Of a DNA stretch of 64,000 nucleotides, positions 38,494 to 50,454 are shown piece by piece. The position numbers and the translations under genes are program-made. The notes under the pieces were generated by a model. That model searched no databases. It was not told the origin of the DNA and saw only the letters and a list, made by a program, of their open reading frames with translations. Positions within the stretch are counted from its first letter, which is position 1. Each line of letters begins with the position of its first letter. Origin of the DNA: Phycisphaerae bacterium (GTDB lineage: Bacteria; Planctomycetota; Phycisphaerae; UBA1845; Fen-1342); contig CAXXWX010000003.1 in NCBI GenBank assembly GCA_963675745.2, forward strand, positions 210,417 to 274,416, given 5' to 3'.

Positions 38494-39090
38494 ATGTTCA
38501 CGAAGAAGTTTGAGCGCAGGCTGTACATACTCGTCGCCGTGTTTCTGTTTTCGGCGGTGCTGGGCACGTCATTCGGCGCGTATGTGCTGTGGCCCTCGCG
38601 GCGCGAGGCCGGGTATGAGCCGCGCCAGCCGATCGCCTATAGCCACAAACTCCACGCCGGCGAACTAAAGATCGACTGCCTCTACTGTCATTCGCAGGCG
38701 GACAAGGGGCCACATGCCACGGTTCCTTCATTGACCACCTGCATGAAGTGCCATGAGCAGGTCCAGACCAAGGACGAAGATGGGAACCTCACTCCCGACA
38801 TGGCGATCTTGCTTGATCACTGGGAGCAGAACTCGCCCGTCATCTGGAATAAAGTCAATGACCTGGCCGATTTCGCGTATTTCGACCACAGCCGCCACGT
38901 AAACGTGGGCATCGACTGTCAGGAATGTCACGGGCCGGTTGAGACCATGGAGCATATGCGCCGCGAATACGGATTGAAGATGAGCTGGTGCCTGGCGTGC
39001 CATAAGCAGCAGCCGCGGGAAAGCGATCCCGCGTTCAGCAGGCAGGATCCCACGCGCGGCCCGATCAACTGCACAGCGTGCCACCGTTAG
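38494..39090 (+). CDS. actA: Alternative complex III pentaheme cytochrome c ActA
   Basis: TM helix; QPIAYSHKLHAG; five CxxCH motifs (CLYCH, CMKCH, CQECH, CLACH, CTACH). Confidence 0.9.
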   Translation: MFTKKFERRLYILVAVFLFSAVLGTSFGAYVLWPSRREAGYEPRQPIAYSHKLHAGELKIDCLYCHSQADKGPHATVPSLTTCMKCHEQVQTKDEDGNLTPDMAILLDHWEQNSPVIWNKVNDLADFAYFDHSRHVNVGIDCQECHGPVETMEHMRREYGLKMSWCLACHKQQPRESDPAFSRQDPTRGPINCTACHR

Positions 39091-39102
39091 GCGACGACCA
39101 CT

Positions 39103-42100
39103 ATGAGCGAACAAGCGGGCAAAAAACACCACAGCCTCAACACCATGCGGCTCCTGAAGGACGCGGCCCTGCCGTCGCACGCGGAGAACTTCGGGTTGCC
39201 GACCGAGATGAGCCGCCGTGGATTGCTCAAGCTGCTGATGGGCGCGTCAGCCGCACTGGCGGTGGGAGTTCCGGGATGCGCGCGCAAACCGGTACGCAAG
39301 ATCGTCAGCCGGGCACGCGGCCCGGAGTATCAAAAGCCCGGCAAGCCGCTGTACTACTCGTCAACCTGGACCGACGGGCCCTATCCCTACGGGCTGTTGA
39401 TCAAGACGGTTGACGGCCGCCCGATCAAGATCGAGGGCAACCCGGATCACCCGATCAACCAGGGGACTTCAACGGCCGCCATGCAGGCCTCGATCCTCTC
39501 GCTCTACGATCCGGACCGATTGCGCACGCCAACGCGATCGGGGCAGACGATCTCCTGGCAGGACGTCGACAAGCAGGTCATTGACGCGCTGAGCAAAGCC
39601 GCGTCGGTTGTGCTGCTGACGCGCGCAACACTGGGTCCGGCCGAACGGGCGCTGATCGACGACTTTCTGGCACGTTGCCCCGCCGCGCGGCACTTTGTAC
39701 ACGAGCCCGCGCACGACGGCCCGCGCAGAACCGCCTGGCAGCAGATTTACACGAAAGATGGCGAGCTGCTGCCCCGCATCGATCGGGCGAAGATCATCCT
39801 GAGCCTCGAGTGCGACTTCCTCGGCACTGACGGGGCCGTGCTCGAGAATGTCCGTTCGTTTGTGGCGGGGCGCCGACTCGATGACGCGGCTCACCAGCAT
39901 GCTGAGATGAACCGCCTGCATGTGGCCGAAGGTGTCCTGACGCTGACCGGGTCAAACGCCGACCAGCGGTTGCGGCTGCGCCCGTCGGCGCTTGGGGCAC
40001 TGGCATTGGCAATCCGTGCGGCGCTTGGCGGCGACGACGCCGCACTGAGCAGCTTTGCCCAGGAACATCACGTCGAGCGCCCCGTGCTCGACGCCATCGT
40101 GCGTGATCTCGCTGAAAATCACGGCGCCGCGCTGGTAGTCGCCGGCGCACACCTGCCCTCATCCGTCCACGCCGCTGTCGCCCTCTTGAATGATGATCTG
40201 GGCGCGGCGGGGCAAACGCTCGAGTGGAATCCCATGCCGGCCGCGCTGCCGGTATCAGATCCGGCCGACGTCCGGGCGGCATTTGCAACCGGCGTCGACG
40301 TGGCCATCTGCGTCGGAGTGAACCCGGTATACGACTGGCCGGACGGCGATTTCAGCGCATTGCTCGCAAAGGCCAACCTCTCGATCGGCCACGGGTTGTA
40401 CGCCGACGAGACCTTATCCGTTTGCAACCTCGCTCTGCCCAGCAATCACTATCTCGAATCGTGGAACGACGCCGAACCGCGAGCCGGCGTGAAAACTCTC
40501 TGCCAACCGGTGATCGCGCCGTTGTTTGATACGCGCCAGGAAGCGGAGTCGCTGTTGATCTGGACGCGTGGACTGGCCGGCGACGATGCCGCGTCCGGCG
40601 AAACGGAAGACTGGCACGGGTACTTGCAGAATCGCTGGCAGCGGCGACTCGTCAGCGAGGACACGCCCGACGCCACCACGCGCCGTGCGCGGGCTTGGGA
40701 AGACAGCTTGCGCATCGGCGGTGAGTTCGCCGCGACGGTAACACCGTTGCCCGCGCTGAATCGCGACGTTGCCAAAACGCTGGCTCAATCAGCCTCGCCG
40801 GCCGGTGAGTACGAGCTGGTAGTCCTCCCGCACCACGCCGTGCATGACGGACGTTTCGCCGGCAACGGCTGGCTACAGGAGTTGCCGGACCCGGTCAGCA
40901 AGCTGGTCTGGGACAACGCCGCCGCGATCAGCCCCAAGACGGCCGAGCGGCTCAACTTGGCGGAAGGCGATCTGCTGGGCATCACTGTCGGGAGTCGATC
41001 CGCGATCCTGCCGGCATTGCTCCAACCAGGAATGGCCGATGGCGTCGTCGAGACGACGCTGGGGCATGGCCGATCCGCGGGCGGCAGCGTCGCGCAGGAG
41101 GCGGGCGGCACGAACGTAGCGCCATTGATGGCGGGGCCGGAAGGTCATGCGGCACGCCGATTGGTGCCCGACGTGAAGCTACACAGAGACTCGCTGGCGA
41201 AGAGCCTGGTGCGCACGCAGAAGCAGGTCTCGATGCACGGGCGCCCCATCGTTCTGGATGGCAATCTTGATGAGTACCGCCACGCCGCCGATTTCGTGAA
41301 GCACAGACGCCATCTGCCAGAGTCGGCCGATCTCTACCAGCCGTACGACTATTCAAAGGGGCACAAATGGGCGATGGCGATAGACCTGAACGCGTGCACC
41401 GGGTGCGGCGCGTGCATGACCGCCTGCCAGGCGGAGAACAACATCCCGATTGTCGGCCGCGAGCAGTGCGACAAGGGGCGCGAGATGCACTGGATACGCA
41501 TCGACCGCTATCACGCCGGCGACCCCGACAACCCCACCGTGCATCACCAGCCCATGCTCTGCCAGCATTGCGACAACGCCCCTTGTGAAAACGTCTGCCC
41601 GGTCAATGCCACCACACACAGCCCCGACGGGCTGAACGAAATGGTCTACAACCGCTGCGTTGGCACGCGCTACTGTGCCAATAACTGCCCGTACAAGGTG
41701 CGGCGGTTCAATTTCCTGCGCTTCCAGGAAAAGCGACTGCGCGACCCCGTGCAGGAACTGGTGTTCAATCCGCAGGTGACGGTGCGCGGCGTGGGGGTGA
41801 TGGAGAAATGCACGTTCTGCGTACAGCGCATCAACGCCGGCCGGTACACCCTGGCGGATGCGCAAGCGCGCGTGCCGGATGGAACAATACAGACGGCCTG
41901 CCAGCAGTCCTGCCCCGCCCAGGCGATCGTGTTCGGCGACCTGAATGACCCGGACAGCAAGATCACCAGACTGAGGGCCTCGGGACGCGCGTTTCACGTA
42001 CTGGAAGAGTTAAACGTCAAGCCGAACGTGTCATATCTGGCACGCGTGCGCAACCCGCACCCCGGCGCCGCCCCCAAGACTGATACCCACGCAGGGAGCC

Positions 42101-42111
42101 ACGAAGGATGA
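39103..42111 (+). CDS. actB: Alternative complex III ActB (molybdopterin-oxidoreductase-like + Fe-S domain)
   Basis: Tat motif [69 protein letters not shown]. Confidence 0.92.
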   Translation: MSEQAGKKHHSLNTMRLLKDAALPSHAENFGLPTEMSRRGLLKLLMGASAALAVGVPGCARKPVRKIVSRARGPEYQKPGKPLYYSSTWTDGPYPYGLLIKTVDGRPIKIEGNPDHPINQGTSTAAMQASILSLYDPDRLRTPTRSGQTISWQDVDKQVIDALSKAASVVLLTRATLGPAERALIDDFLARCPAARHFVHEPAHDGPRRTAWQQIYTKDGELLPRIDRAKIILSLECDFLGTDGAVLENVRSFVAGRRLDDAAHQHAEMNRLHVAEGVLTLTGSNADQRLRLRPSALGALALAIRAALGGDDAALSSFAQEHHVERPVLDAIVRDLAENHGAALVVAGAHLPSSVHAAVALLNDDLGAAGQTLEWNPMPAALPVSDPADVRAAFATGVDVAICVGVNPVYDWPDGDFSALLAKANLSIGHGLYADETLSVCNLALPSNHYLESWNDAEPRAGVKTLCQPVIAPLFDTRQEAESLLIWTRGLAGDDAASGETEDWHGYLQNRWQRRLVSEDTPDATTRRARAWEDSLRIGGEFAATVTPLPALNRDVAKTLAQSASPAGEYELVVLPHHAVHDGRFAGNGWLQELPDPVSKLVWDNAAAISPKTAERLNLAEGDLLGITVGSRSAILPALLQPGMADGVVETTLGHGRSAGGSVAQEAGGTNVAPLMAGPEGHAARRLVPDVKLHRDSLAKSLVRTQKQVSMHGRPIVLDGNLDEYRHAADFVKHRRHLPESADLYQPYDYSKGHKWAMAIDLNACTGCGACMTACQAENNIPIVGREQCDKGREMHWIRIDRYHAGDPDNPTVHHQPMLCQHCDNAPCENVCPVNATTHSPDGLNEMVYNRCVGTRYCANNCPYKVRRFNFLRFQEKRLRDPVQELVFNPQVTVRGVGVMEKCTFCVQRINAGRYTLADAQARVPDGTIQTACQQSCPAQAIVFGDLNDPDSKITRLRASGRAFHVLEELNVKPNVSYLARVRNPHPGAAPKTDTHAGSHEG

Positions 42112-43487
42112 GTGCGACCCCGATTTCTCTGGCCGCGCCGCCGCTCTTTACGCGCGATGTCAGCCTGCGCCAGATGGACGACGACATATTTCGTCCGCTG
42201 GAGTCGTTCCCCACCGGTCGGTGGTGGGTGGCGGTGTTGTTGACGGGCACACTGGCGGGCGTGTTCATGGCCTGTGTCGGCATCACCGTCACGCAGGGCA
42301 TCGGCGTGTGGGGCAACAACAACCCGGTCGGTTGGGGCTGGGCGATCGTGAACTTCGTCTTCTGGATCGGGATCGGCCACGCCGGCACGCTCATTTCCGC
42401 CATCCTGTTCCTGCTGCGGCAGCGTTGGCGTACCGGCATCGCGCGGTTCGCCGAGGCCATGACGATTTTTGCGGTGATTTGCGCGATGCAGTTTCCGCTG
42501 ATCCACACCGGCCGGCCGTGGCTGGCGATGTTCTGGCTGATCCCCTACCCCAATGATCAAGGAATCTACCAGAACTTCCGCTCACCGCTGGAGTGGGACG
42601 TCTTCGCCGTCGCCACCTATGGACTTGTCTCGCTGATGTTCTGGTTTACCGGGCTGATCCCCGACCTGGCGATCGCGCGCGACCGCGCCAAGCACCCGCT
42701 GCGCAAGTGCATATACGGCATACTGAGCCTGGGCTGGCGCGGGAGCCACCGCGCGTGGAGCCACTACGAAAAGGCCTACCTGCTCTTTGCCGGGCTATCC
42801 ACGCCGCTCGTGCTGTCGGTACACAGTATTGTCTCGTTTGATTTTGCGGTATCGGTGGTTCCGGGCTGGCATACCACCATCTTTCCGCCGTACTTCGTGG
42901 CCGGGGCGATCTTCAGCGGCTTCGGCATGGTGGCCACGCTGATCATCCTGATGCGCTGGATGTTCAAGCTCGAACACTTGATAACCACCAATCACCTGGA
43001 GTTGATGAACAAGATCACGATCGCGACCTCGCTGATGGTCGGATACGCGTACGCTATCGAGCTTTTCATTGCCTGGTATGGCGGCATAGGTGTCGAGCGC
43101 TTTGCGTTTATGAACCGAGCGCTGGGCCCCTACGCCTGGGCCTACTGGACGATGGTCTTCTGTAACGTCGTGGCCCCGCAGCTTCTGTGGTTCCGCAAGA
43201 TCCGCCGTTCGGTGCTGTTAATGTACCCGGTGGTGATTCTGATCAACGTGGGCATGTGGTTTGAGCGGTTCGTGATTGTCGTCACCAGCCTGCACCGCGA
43301 TTATCTGCCATCGAGCTGGGACTATTTCTCGCCAACCTGGATCGACATCGGCCTCTTCACCGGCAGCATCGGCCTGTTCCTGTTCCTGATGCTGTTGTTC
43401 TGCCGCTTCCTCCCCACGATTGCCGCCGCGGAATTGAAGGCCGTCGCGCCAAACGCGCAACCGTCTCATGGAGGGCATCATGGCTGA
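42108..43487 (+). CDS. actC: Alternative complex III ActC (NrfD/PsrC family)
   Basis: [56 protein letters not shown]. Confidence 0.93.
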   Translation: MSATPISLAAPPLFTRDVSLRQMDDDIFRPLESFPTGRWWVAVLLTGTLAGVFMACVGITVTQGIGVWGNNNPVGWGWAIVNFVFWIGIGHAGTLISAILFLLRQRWRTGIARFAEAMTIFAVICAMQFPLIHTGRPWLAMFWLIPYPNDQGIYQNFRSPLEWDVFAVATYGLVSLMFWFTGLIPDLAIARDRAKHPLRKCIYGILSLGWRGSHRAWSHYEKAYLLFAGLSTPLVLSVHSIVSFDFAVSVVPGWHTTIFPPYFVAGAIFSGFGMVATLIILMRWMFKLEHLITTNHLELMNKITIATSLMVGYAYAIELFIAWYGGIGVERFAFMNRALGPYAWAYWTMVFCNVVAPQLLWFRKIRRSVLLMYPVVILINVGMWFERFVIVVTSLHRDYLPSSWDYFSPTWIDIGLFTGSIGLFLFLMLLFCRFLPTIAAAELKAVAPNAQPSHGGHHG

Positions 43488-44049
43488 GAAGCGCACAAAA
43501 ACGGTCGGCGTGGTGGGGCTGTACGATGACGTTGACGCGCTGGTGCGCGCCGCCGAGTCGGTGCGCGACGCCGGTCTGCGCAAGTGGGACTGCCATACGC
43601 CCTATCCGGTACACGGACTCGACCGCGCCATGGGACTTAAAGAGTCGCCAATCCCGTACGTAACGCTGATCGTCGGATTCGTCGGACTGCTGACGGCGAT
43701 CGCGTTGACCGGCGGGTTGAGCGTTTTTCAGTACCCGATTCGCATCGGCGGCAAGGCGCTCTTCAGTTGGCAGGCCTTTGTCCCCATCTACTTCGAGCTG
43801 TTTGTCCTGTTCGCGGCATTGGCCACGATGGCGTCGATCGTCGTCTTCTGCCGGCTCGGACGCTGGCACTCGCCGCTGCACGATTCGGACATTATGCGCG
43901 AAATCACCTGCGACCGATTCGCCATCGTGCTTGACGCAGACAACGGCAATCGCGGCGAACAGGAGCTGCGCGGAATACTGGAGAAGACCGGGTGCAGTGA
44001 CATCCGGCCCCTGGTGCAATTCGAAGAAGAGGATGATTCGATCATATGA
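43480..44049 (+). CDS. actD: Alternative complex III ActD (DUF3341)
   Basis: [37 protein letters not shown]. Confidence 0.88.
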   Translation: MAEKRTKTVGVVGLYDDVDALVRAAESVRDAGLRKWDCHTPYPVHGLDRAMGLKESPIPYVTLIVGFVGLLTAIALTGGLSVFQYPIRIGGKALFSWQAFVPIYFELFVLFAALATMASIVVFCRLGRWHSPLHDSDIMREITCDRFAIVLDADNGNRGEQELRGILEKTGCSDIRPLVQFEEEDDSII

Positions 44050-44696
44050 GCTCGAACGCGCCACAGGACAATGCGAGCAGCTCGGAATCCCGCTGGTTTG
44101 TGCCGGCGTATAAGGCCACGCTGGTAGCCCTGGTCGCCGCGGCGCTGGTCATTCCGCTGGCCCTCGCGGCGTTGCCGTTTATCGAGTTCTTCAACGGCAT
44201 GGCGGCCCAGCCGAAGGCCAAGACGCAGATGCCCTACGGGCGTACTCATGGACAGGAGCTGCTGTCCGAGCGGCCCGCCGTGGACGGCACGGTTCCCCGC
44301 GGATACGTCGCCTACGAGTTTGCGGAAGTTCCGGCCACGCTTGAGGACGCCAAACGCGTGGGAATGCTGCTCGAGAACCCCCTCCCGCGTGACATGGAAA
44401 ACATGCGCCGCGGGCAGGAGCTCTACAATATCTACTGCATCGTGTGCCATGGGAAGCAGGGCCGCGGCGACGGGCCGGTGATCGGCCCCGATCGCTTTCC
44501 GGCCCCCCCATCGCTGCACACCGATCAGGCGCGCGGCTACGCCGACGGCACGATTTACCACATCATCACCAACGGGACGGAGAAAATGCCGTCTTACGCC
44601 GACAAGCTTGAGCCCGACGATCGCTGGCAAGTCGTGCATTACCTGCGCGCTTTGCAGCGCGCCATGAACCCCACGCCGGAGGATCTGGAGCCATGA
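44046..44696 (+). CDS. actE: Alternative complex III monoheme cytochrome c ActE
   Basis: M..QPK; P..GTVPRG; RGQELYNIYCIVCHG; MPSYA; DRW.VVHYLRALQ. Confidence 0.85.
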   Translation: MSSNAPQDNASSSESRWFVPAYKATLVALVAAALVIPLALAALPFIEFFNGMAAQPKAKTQMPYGRTHGQELLSERPAVDGTVPRGYVAYEFAEVPATLEDAKRVGMLLENPLPRDMENMRRGQELYNIYCIVCHGKQGRGDGPVIGPDRFPAPPSLHTDQARGYADGTIYHIITNGTEKMPSYADKLEPDDRWQVVHYLRALQRAMNPTPEDLEP

Positions 44697-45919
44697 GCAG
44701 CGACTGCGCGCCACCCATGACGGAGTTGGTCGCCGCCCCGCGTGCCAACCTGCGGCTGGACCGGGTCGCCGGCGGCCTGTTGGCGGTCGGTGCGTTGCTC
44801 AGCGTGGCAGCGCTGTTCGGCGCCGAGAGCCGGGCGCGCTTCGGGTTCGCGTACATCTGGGGTTTCGCTTTCGTCTGGACCACCGTGCTGGGGTGCCTGT
44901 TCTTCATCGGCTTGCAGCACCTGACCCGCTCGGTCTGGTCGGTGGTCATGCGGCGCACCGCCGAGGTGTTTGTATCACCAATGTGGCTGCTGGGCATTCT
45001 CTTTCTGCCGGTGCTGCTGTTTGTGTTGATGCCGCATACATTCCCGGTGTTCCCCTGGGCTGATGCCGAGTACGTCGCGCATGACGCGCTCCTTTCCGGC
45101 AAGCAGCCCTATTTGAACACGCCCTTCTTCATCGCCCGGGCAGTCGCGTATTTCGCGATCTGGATTGGGTTCGCACGGTACTTCGTCAACACCTCGCTGG
45201 CCCAGGATCGCGGCCACGGCGGCATCGAAGCCTCACTGGGCGTACGCAAATGGTCGGCACCTTTCATGCTGCTCTTCGCGGTCAGCGCCACATTCGCCTC
45301 GTTTGACTGGCTGATGAGCCTCGACCCCCATTGGTTCAGCACGATCTTCGGCGTATACGTATTCTCGGGGATGGTGCTCGCCGCAGTCGCGGTGATCACG
45401 ATCACGACGGTCAAGCTGCGTGAGAGCGGGCGTCTGGGGGCGGGTGTGGTGACCGGCGATCATCTCTACAGCCTGGGCGCGTTGCTCTTTGCCTTCAGTT
45501 GCTTCTGGGCGTACATCGCGTTCAGCCAGTACATGCTCATCTGGTACGCCAATATCCCCGAGGAGACGCCCTACATGGTTCATCGGCTGCGCGGCGGATG
45601 GCTGGGCGTGAGCGTGGCGCTGGCCCTGGCGCGTTTTGTCGTGCCGTTCCTGCTCCTGCTGAGCCGTCACGCGAAAACGAACCCGCGTATTCTGCTGATT
45701 GCCGCCGTGCTGATCCTCGGCGGCCAGCTTCTTGATCTCTACTGGCTGATCATGCCGGAGTTGCACCATGAGCAACCCGTTTTGGGTTGGCAGGAATTCG
45801 GGCCGCTGCTCCTGATGTCGGGCGTGTTGCTGCTCGCAATCTCCCGCTTTCTTGGGCGACATTCCCCGATGGCGGTGGGCGATCCACTGCTGCACGAATC
45901 GCTCGAGTTCCGCTTGTAG
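44693..45919 (+). CDS. actF: Alternative complex III ActF
   Basis: Polytopic; K.PYLN.PFF; DWLMSLDPHWFSTIFG; FSQYMLIWYANIPEE. Confidence 0.9.
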   Translation: MSSDCAPPMTELVAAPRANLRLDRVAGGLLAVGALLSVAALFGAESRARFGFAYIWGFAFVWTTVLGCLFFIGLQHLTRSVWSVVMRRTAEVFVSPMWLLGILFLPVLLFVLMPHTFPVFPWADAEYVAHDALLSGKQPYLNTPFFIARAVAYFAIWIGFARYFVNTSLAQDRGHGGIEASLGVRKWSAPFMLLFAVSATFASFDWLMSLDPHWFSTIFGVYVFSGMVLAAVAVITITTVKLRESGRLGAGVVTGDHLYSLGALLFAFSCFWAYIAFSQYMLIWYANIPEETPYMVHRLRGGWLGVSVALALARFVVPFLLLLSRHAKTNPRILLIAAVLILGGQLLDLYWLIMPELHHEQPVLGWQEFGPLLLMSGVLLLAISRFLGRHSPMAVGDPLLHESLEFRL

Positions 45920-45930
45920 GAGGCCGCACA

Positions 45931-46746
45931 ATGACGAATCGATCTCCGAACCGGCTTCTCTGTGGCCTGGTGCTCGCGACGCTGGCACCACTCTGCCTGG
46001 CCCAGGAGCCTGTCGAAGTCGGTATCGAAGAGCATCTCGGTCAATATATCCCGCTGGACGAACTCTCGTTCATCGATGAGGACGGTAAGCCGATCGTGCT
46101 CAAGGAGCTTTTTGACAAGCCGGTTGTGCTCACGCTGGTCTATTACCGCTGTCCGGGGATCTGCACGCCGCTGCTGCAAGAGCTGGTCCGAGTCGCGGAC
46201 AACTGCGATCTGACACCCGGCGACGATTACCGCCTGGTCACGATCAGTTTTGATCCGCGTGAAGACGCCACGCTGGCCAAGACCAAAAAGGCCAACATGA
46301 TCGCGGAACTGAAGAACAAGCAGGTCGGCCCCGACGACTGGCGTTTCCTTACCGGCGACGAGGAGAACATCCGCCGCATCACCGAAATCGTCGGCTTCAG
46401 GTACATACCCGACGCCAACATGACCGACTTCATACACGCCGCCACTGTGATTTTCGTCTCGTCCGACGGCATGATTGCCCGGTATCTCAACGGCACGCAG
46501 TTTAATCCCGCCGACCTCAAGCTGGCGGTCATCGATGCTTCGCAGGGCCGGGCCAGGTCATTCATGCAGCGCATCCAGCGGCTGTGCTACAGCTACGATC
46601 CCAAGGGCCAGGCGTACGTCTTGCAGGTCAATCGCATCATTCTGGGCGTTACGATGCTCTTCGTCGCCGCGTTCGGAGCATTTCTGCTGTTCCGGTCCTC
46701 GAGCCGGAAAGTCGCCAAGCCGCAAGCAACAGGACAGACCCCATGA
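45931..46746 (+). CDS. SCO1/SenC copper chaperone
   Basis: YYRCPGIC (CxxxC); ISFDP; WRFLTG; conserved His; C-terminal TM. Confidence 0.88.
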   Translation: MTNRSPNRLLCGLVLATLAPLCLAQEPVEVGIEEHLGQYIPLDELSFIDEDGKPIVLKELFDKPVVLTLVYYRCPGICTPLLQELVRVADNCDLTPGDDYRLVTISFDPREDATLAKTKKANMIAELKNKQVGPDDWRFLTGDEENIRRITEIVGFRYIPDANMTDFIHAATVIFVSSDGMIARYLNGTQFNPADLKLAVIDASQGRARSFMQRIQRLCYSYDPKGQAYVLQVNRIILGVTMLFVAAFGAFLLFRSSSRKVAKPQATGQTP

Positions 46747-48359
46747 CAACGGTAGCCGCGCCACTGACCCCCGCATTGCCTGACTACTTGCGCGCCCGCG
46801 CCGGCGCGCTGTCATGGCTGGTGACCACCGATCACAAGCGGATCGGCATCATGTACATGACCGGCATGCTGGTCTTCTTCCTGTTCGCCATGAGCATGGC
46901 GCTGCTGTTCCGCCTGGAGCTATTTTCGCCCGGGCAGCAATTCATATCCAACAGCCTTTACAATCGCGTGCTGACTCTGCACGGCGTGTCGATGATCTTC
47001 CTGTTCATCATTCCCGGCATACCAGCGGTGTTCGGCAATTTCTTCCTGCCGATCATGATCGGTGCCGAGGACGTCGCCTTCCCCAAGCTCAACCTGCTCT
47101 CGTGGTACTGCTTCGTCGGCGGCGGTCTGTTGGCCCTGGGGTCGGTGTTCATGGGCGGCCCCGACACGGGATGGACGTTCTACGTGCCCTACAGCATGAA
47201 GACCGGCTATAACGTATTGATCCCGATGTCGGCCGCGTTTGTCCTGGGATGGTCCTCAATCCTCACGGGGCTGAACTTCGTAACCACCGTCCACCGGATG
47301 CGTGCCAAGGGCATGGGCTGGTTCGACATGCCGCTGTTTGTCTGGAGCCTCTATTCGACCGGCTGGATCCAACTCCTGGCCACGCCCGTGGTCGGCATCA
47401 CGCTGGTGCTCGTGTTGCTCGACAAATTCGTGGGTGTGCCGATCTTCGACCCGGCCCGCGGCGGCGACCCGATCCTCTATCAGCACCTGTTCTGGATTTA
47501 CTCGCACCCGGCGGTCTACGTGATGATCCTGCCGGCCATGGGCGTGGTCTCCGAGATCATCCCGACCTTCTCGCGCAAGACTATTTTCGGCTACAAGTTC
47601 ATCGCCTTTTCGTCGCTAGCCATCGCCGGCATCGGCTCGCTTGTCTGGGCCCACCACATGTTCACATCGGGCATGGCCGATGTGGCCCGCGTGGTCTTCT
47701 CGTTCCTGACTTTCTTCGTGGCCGTGCCAAGCGGTGTGAAGGTCTTCAACTGGCTGGCTACGATGTATGGCGGTTCGATCTACCTGGGACCGCCGATGCT
47801 CTGGACACTGATGTTCATCTTCATTTTCAGCATCGGCGGGCTCACGGGCATGTTCAACGCCTCACTGTCCACCGACATCCACCTGCACGATACGTCGTTT
47901 GTCGTCGCGCACTTCCACTACACGATGTTCGGCGGCACCGGCGTCATCTTCTTCGCGGCCATGCACTACTGGTGGCCCAAGATGTTCGGCGTGATGTACC
48001 GGCTGCGTCCGGCGTGCATCGGCGCGATCACGTTCTTCATCGGCTTTAACCTGACATACTTCCCGCTCTTCATCGCCGGCATGGTCGGCATGCCACGCCG
48101 ATACGCGGACTACCTGCCCGAATACACGATCTACCACCGGCTTTCCACAATCGGATCATGGGTGCTGGCGGCCTCGCTTCTGCTGACAATCGGCAACCTG
48201 GTGTATTCACTGTTCAAAGGCAGCCGCGCACCGGACAACCCCTGGGGCGGCGCCACGCTGGAATGGCAGGTGCCCACACCGCCGCCGGTGCTTAACTTCA
48301 GCCGCGCGCCCGACCTGAGCCGCGGTCCATATGAGTACCCCACCGAGGTTGAGGAATGA
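46743..48359 (+). CDS. ctaD: Cytochrome c oxidase subunit I (A2-type)
   Basis: TTDHKRIG; LHG; GWTFY; LFWIYSHPAVY (YS motif); WAHHM; VAHFHY; MPRRY. Confidence 0.95.
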   Translation: MTTVAAPLTPALPDYLRARAGALSWLVTTDHKRIGIMYMTGMLVFFLFAMSMALLFRLELFSPGQQFISNSLYNRVLTLHGVSMIFLFIIPGIPAVFGNFFLPIMIGAEDVAFPKLNLLSWYCFVGGGLLALGSVFMGGPDTGWTFYVPYSMKTGYNVLIPMSAAFVLGWSSILTGLNFVTTVHRMRAKGMGWFDMPLFVWSLYSTGWIQLLATPVVGITLVLVLLDKFVGVPIFDPARGGDPILYQHLFWIYSHPAVYVMILPAMGVVSEIIPTFSRKTIFGYKFIAFSSLAIAGIGSLVWAHHMFTSGMADVARVVFSFLTFFVAVPSGVKVFNWLATMYGGSIYLGPPMLWTLMFIFIFSIGGLTGMFNASLSTDIHLHDTSFVVAHFHYTMFGGTGVIFFAAMHYWWPKMFGVMYRLRPACIGAITFFIGFNLTYFPLFIAGMVGMPRRYADYLPEYTIYHRLSTIGSWVLAASLLLTIGNLVYSLFKGSRAPDNPWGGATLEWQVPTPPPVLNFSRAPDLSRGPYEYPTEVEE

Positions 48360-49003
48360 GCAGCGACATCGCCGACGCGGCCGACATCCCCGTTCCGGTT
48401 TCGACGCCGGGTGAACACCACGATCCCGTGGCCGGCAAGATCGGCATGTGGCTCTTCCTGTTCACCGAAGTCCTGCTGTTCGGCGCCATGTTCATCGCCT
48501 TCGCGGTGTATCTGGGCATGTACCGGTGGGAGTTCCTGGACGCATCGAGCCATCTGGACGTGATGGCCGGCGCGGCGAATACGGCGATCCTGTTGACCAG
48601 CAGCCTGACAATGGCCCTTTCCATCGCGGCGCTGGCGCGCGCCAAGCGTGGTCTCTCGCTGGGCCTGATGGTCACGACGCTGGTGCTGGCGGGCGCTTTC
48701 CTGGTGATCAAGTCGTTCGAGTGGGAACACAAGTTCGCGCACGACATCTATCCCAGGTCGGCCGCGATGCTCGAAAGGCCGCCGGGTGAGCAGATCTTTT
48801 ACGGGCTTTACTTCACGATGACCGGTCTGCACGCACTGCACGTGATCATCGGCGCCGTGGTCATCCTGGTCGCCATGGGATTGGTCTGGGCGCGCCGAAT
48901 CCGTGCTGATCGCATTGTCTTTCTCGAGAACGTCGGCCTCTACTGGCACCTGGTCGACATGGTCTGGATTTTCCTGTTCCCGCTCTTTTATCTGATCGGG
49001 TGA
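48356..49003 (+). CDS. ctaE: Cytochrome c oxidase subunit III
   Basis: GMWLFLFTE; NT.ILLTSS; TGLHALHV; GLYWHLVD.VWIFLFP. Confidence 0.92.
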   Translation: MSSDIADAADIPVPVSTPGEHHDPVAGKIGMWLFLFTEVLLFGAMFIAFAVYLGMYRWEFLDASSHLDVMAGAANTAILLTSSLTMALSIAALARAKRGLSLGLMVTTLVLAGAFLVIKSFEWEHKFAHDIYPRSAAMLERPPGEQIFYGLYFTMTGLHALHVIIGAVVILVAMGLVWARRIRADRIVFLENVGLYWHLVDMVWIFLFPLFYLIG

Positions 49004-49016
49004 GGATAGATATCTG

Positions 49017-49307
49017 ATGTCGTCACACGAACACGAACACCAGCTCGTGCCCTATCGGCTGTACATAACAGTCTGGGCGGTACTGCTCGTACTGACCGCC
49101 GTCACGGTCGGCGTTTCGCGAATCGACATGAAGCACGTGGCCGTGCTCGCCGCCATGCTGATCGCCACGTGCAAGGCGACGCTTGTGCTGTTGTACTTCA
49201 TGCACATACGCTTCGAGAAGCCCATGTATGTCGCGATGATCGTGGCTGTGATGGGCACCTACGCCATCTTCATTGGATTGACGTTCACGGATTACTTGTA
49301 CAGGTGA
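49017..49307 (+). CDS. ctaF: Cytochrome c oxidase subunit IV
   Basis: Three TM helices; IA..KA.LV..YFMH. Confidence 0.85.
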   Translation: MSSHEHEHQLVPYRLYITVWAVLLVLTAVTVGVSRIDMKHVAVLAAMLIATCKATLVLLYFMHIRFEKPMYVAMIVAVMGTYAIFIGLTFTDYLYR

Positions 49308-49314
49308 TTGGCCC

Positions 49315-50409
49315 ATGATGCTGGCGACATCCGATATCACTCGCGAGGTGGACCGCGCCCTCTTGCTGATCGGCGGCATGAGCGTCTTCCTGCTCGTCGG
49401 CGTAACGGTTGCGATGATCGCATTCGCCATCCACTTCAGACGAAGTCGCGCGCGCACCACGAAGCAGATTAAAGGGCACACCGGGCTCGAGGTGACCTGG
49501 ATCATCATCCCGACGCTGATTGTGACGTGGATGTTCTTCGTCGGCTACCGCGGCTTTGCCCTGATGCGCAAGGTCCCGGAAAACGCGATGACCGTCGAAG
49601 TCACCGGCAAGCAGTGGATGTGGTCATTTCACTACCCCGAGGAGAAGCTGGACACGGTCGAGATGGTCGTGCCGGTGAACACGCCGGTCAAAGTCAACCT
49701 GACCGCGCCCCCCAGCGACGTTGTTCACAGCTTTTATATCCCGGATTTTCGCGTAAAAGAAGACGCCGTTCCCGGCAAAACCACGCACCTCTGGTTCGAA
49801 GCTGAGCGTGAGGGCACCTACAACATCTTCTGTGCCGAGTTTTGCGGAAAAGACCACTCGCAGATGATCTCGTTGCTCAGGGTCGTGTCGCAAACGGCGT
49901 ACGAAGACTGGATCCGCGCTGAGCGGGCCAAGAGGTACCGGCCGCTCGTGTTTGAGGCCATCGTCGATCCCGCCCACAGCACTTTCGGCCCGGACGAGTT
50001 GAACATCGACGCGCGCACGCTATACCAGACCTTTTGCGCGGCATGCCATGGCGCCGCCGGCGACGGCTCCGGCCTGCCGGGCGCGGCGCGCGATTTCACC
50101 AGTGCCGCGGATTGGAAACACAGCCCGAAAGTCGTGGACATCTTCAGGACCGTGACCGACGGCATCGAAAACACGCAGATGCGCGCGTTTCCCAACCTGA
50201 CGCCCTGGGAACGTGTCGCCCTGGCCCACTATGTGCGGTCGTTCATGAAAACCGAGCTCCCCCAGGACACGGCCGCCGACTACGCCGCGCTTGTTGAAGA
50301 ATACGGTCTCGACAAGGTCCAGGCGCCTGGCGAGACCATTCCCATCGAGCAGGCGATGGAGCTACTGAGCGACGACGACCCGGATCGGGGGCGCGAAGCC
50401 GCGCCGTAA
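49315..50409 (+). CDS. ctaC: Cytochrome c oxidase subunit II with fused C-terminal cytochrome c
   Basis: LEVTWIIIP; QWMWSF; DVVHSF; CuA CAEFCGKDHSQM; heme c motif CAACH. Confidence 0.92.
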   Translation: MMLATSDITREVDRALLLIGGMSVFLLVGVTVAMIAFAIHFRRSRARTTKQIKGHTGLEVTWIIIPTLIVTWMFFVGYRGFALMRKVPENAMTVEVTGKQWMWSFHYPEEKLDTVEMVVPVNTPVKVNLTAPPSDVVHSFYIPDFRVKEDAVPGKTTHLWFEAEREGTYNIFCAEFCGKDHSQMISLLRVVSQTAYEDWIRAERAKRYRPLVFEAIVDPAHSTFGPDELNIDARTLYQTFCAACHGAAGDGSGLPGAARDFTSAADWKHSPKVVDIFRTVTDGIENTQMRAFPNLTPWERVALAHYVRSFMKTELPQDTAADYAALVEEYGLDKVQAPGETIPIEQAMELLSDDDPDRGREAAP

Positions 50410-50454
50410 GCGACTTGCGGGTGTGCCCGCACGCACGGTCCAAAGGCTGTGGAA

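Noticed and set aside
39103..42111. Catalytic molybdoenzyme (polysulfide/formate reductase)
   Set aside because: Fusion with the Fe-S domain and the actA/C/D/E/F context identify ActB, which is known to lack the Mo cofactor.
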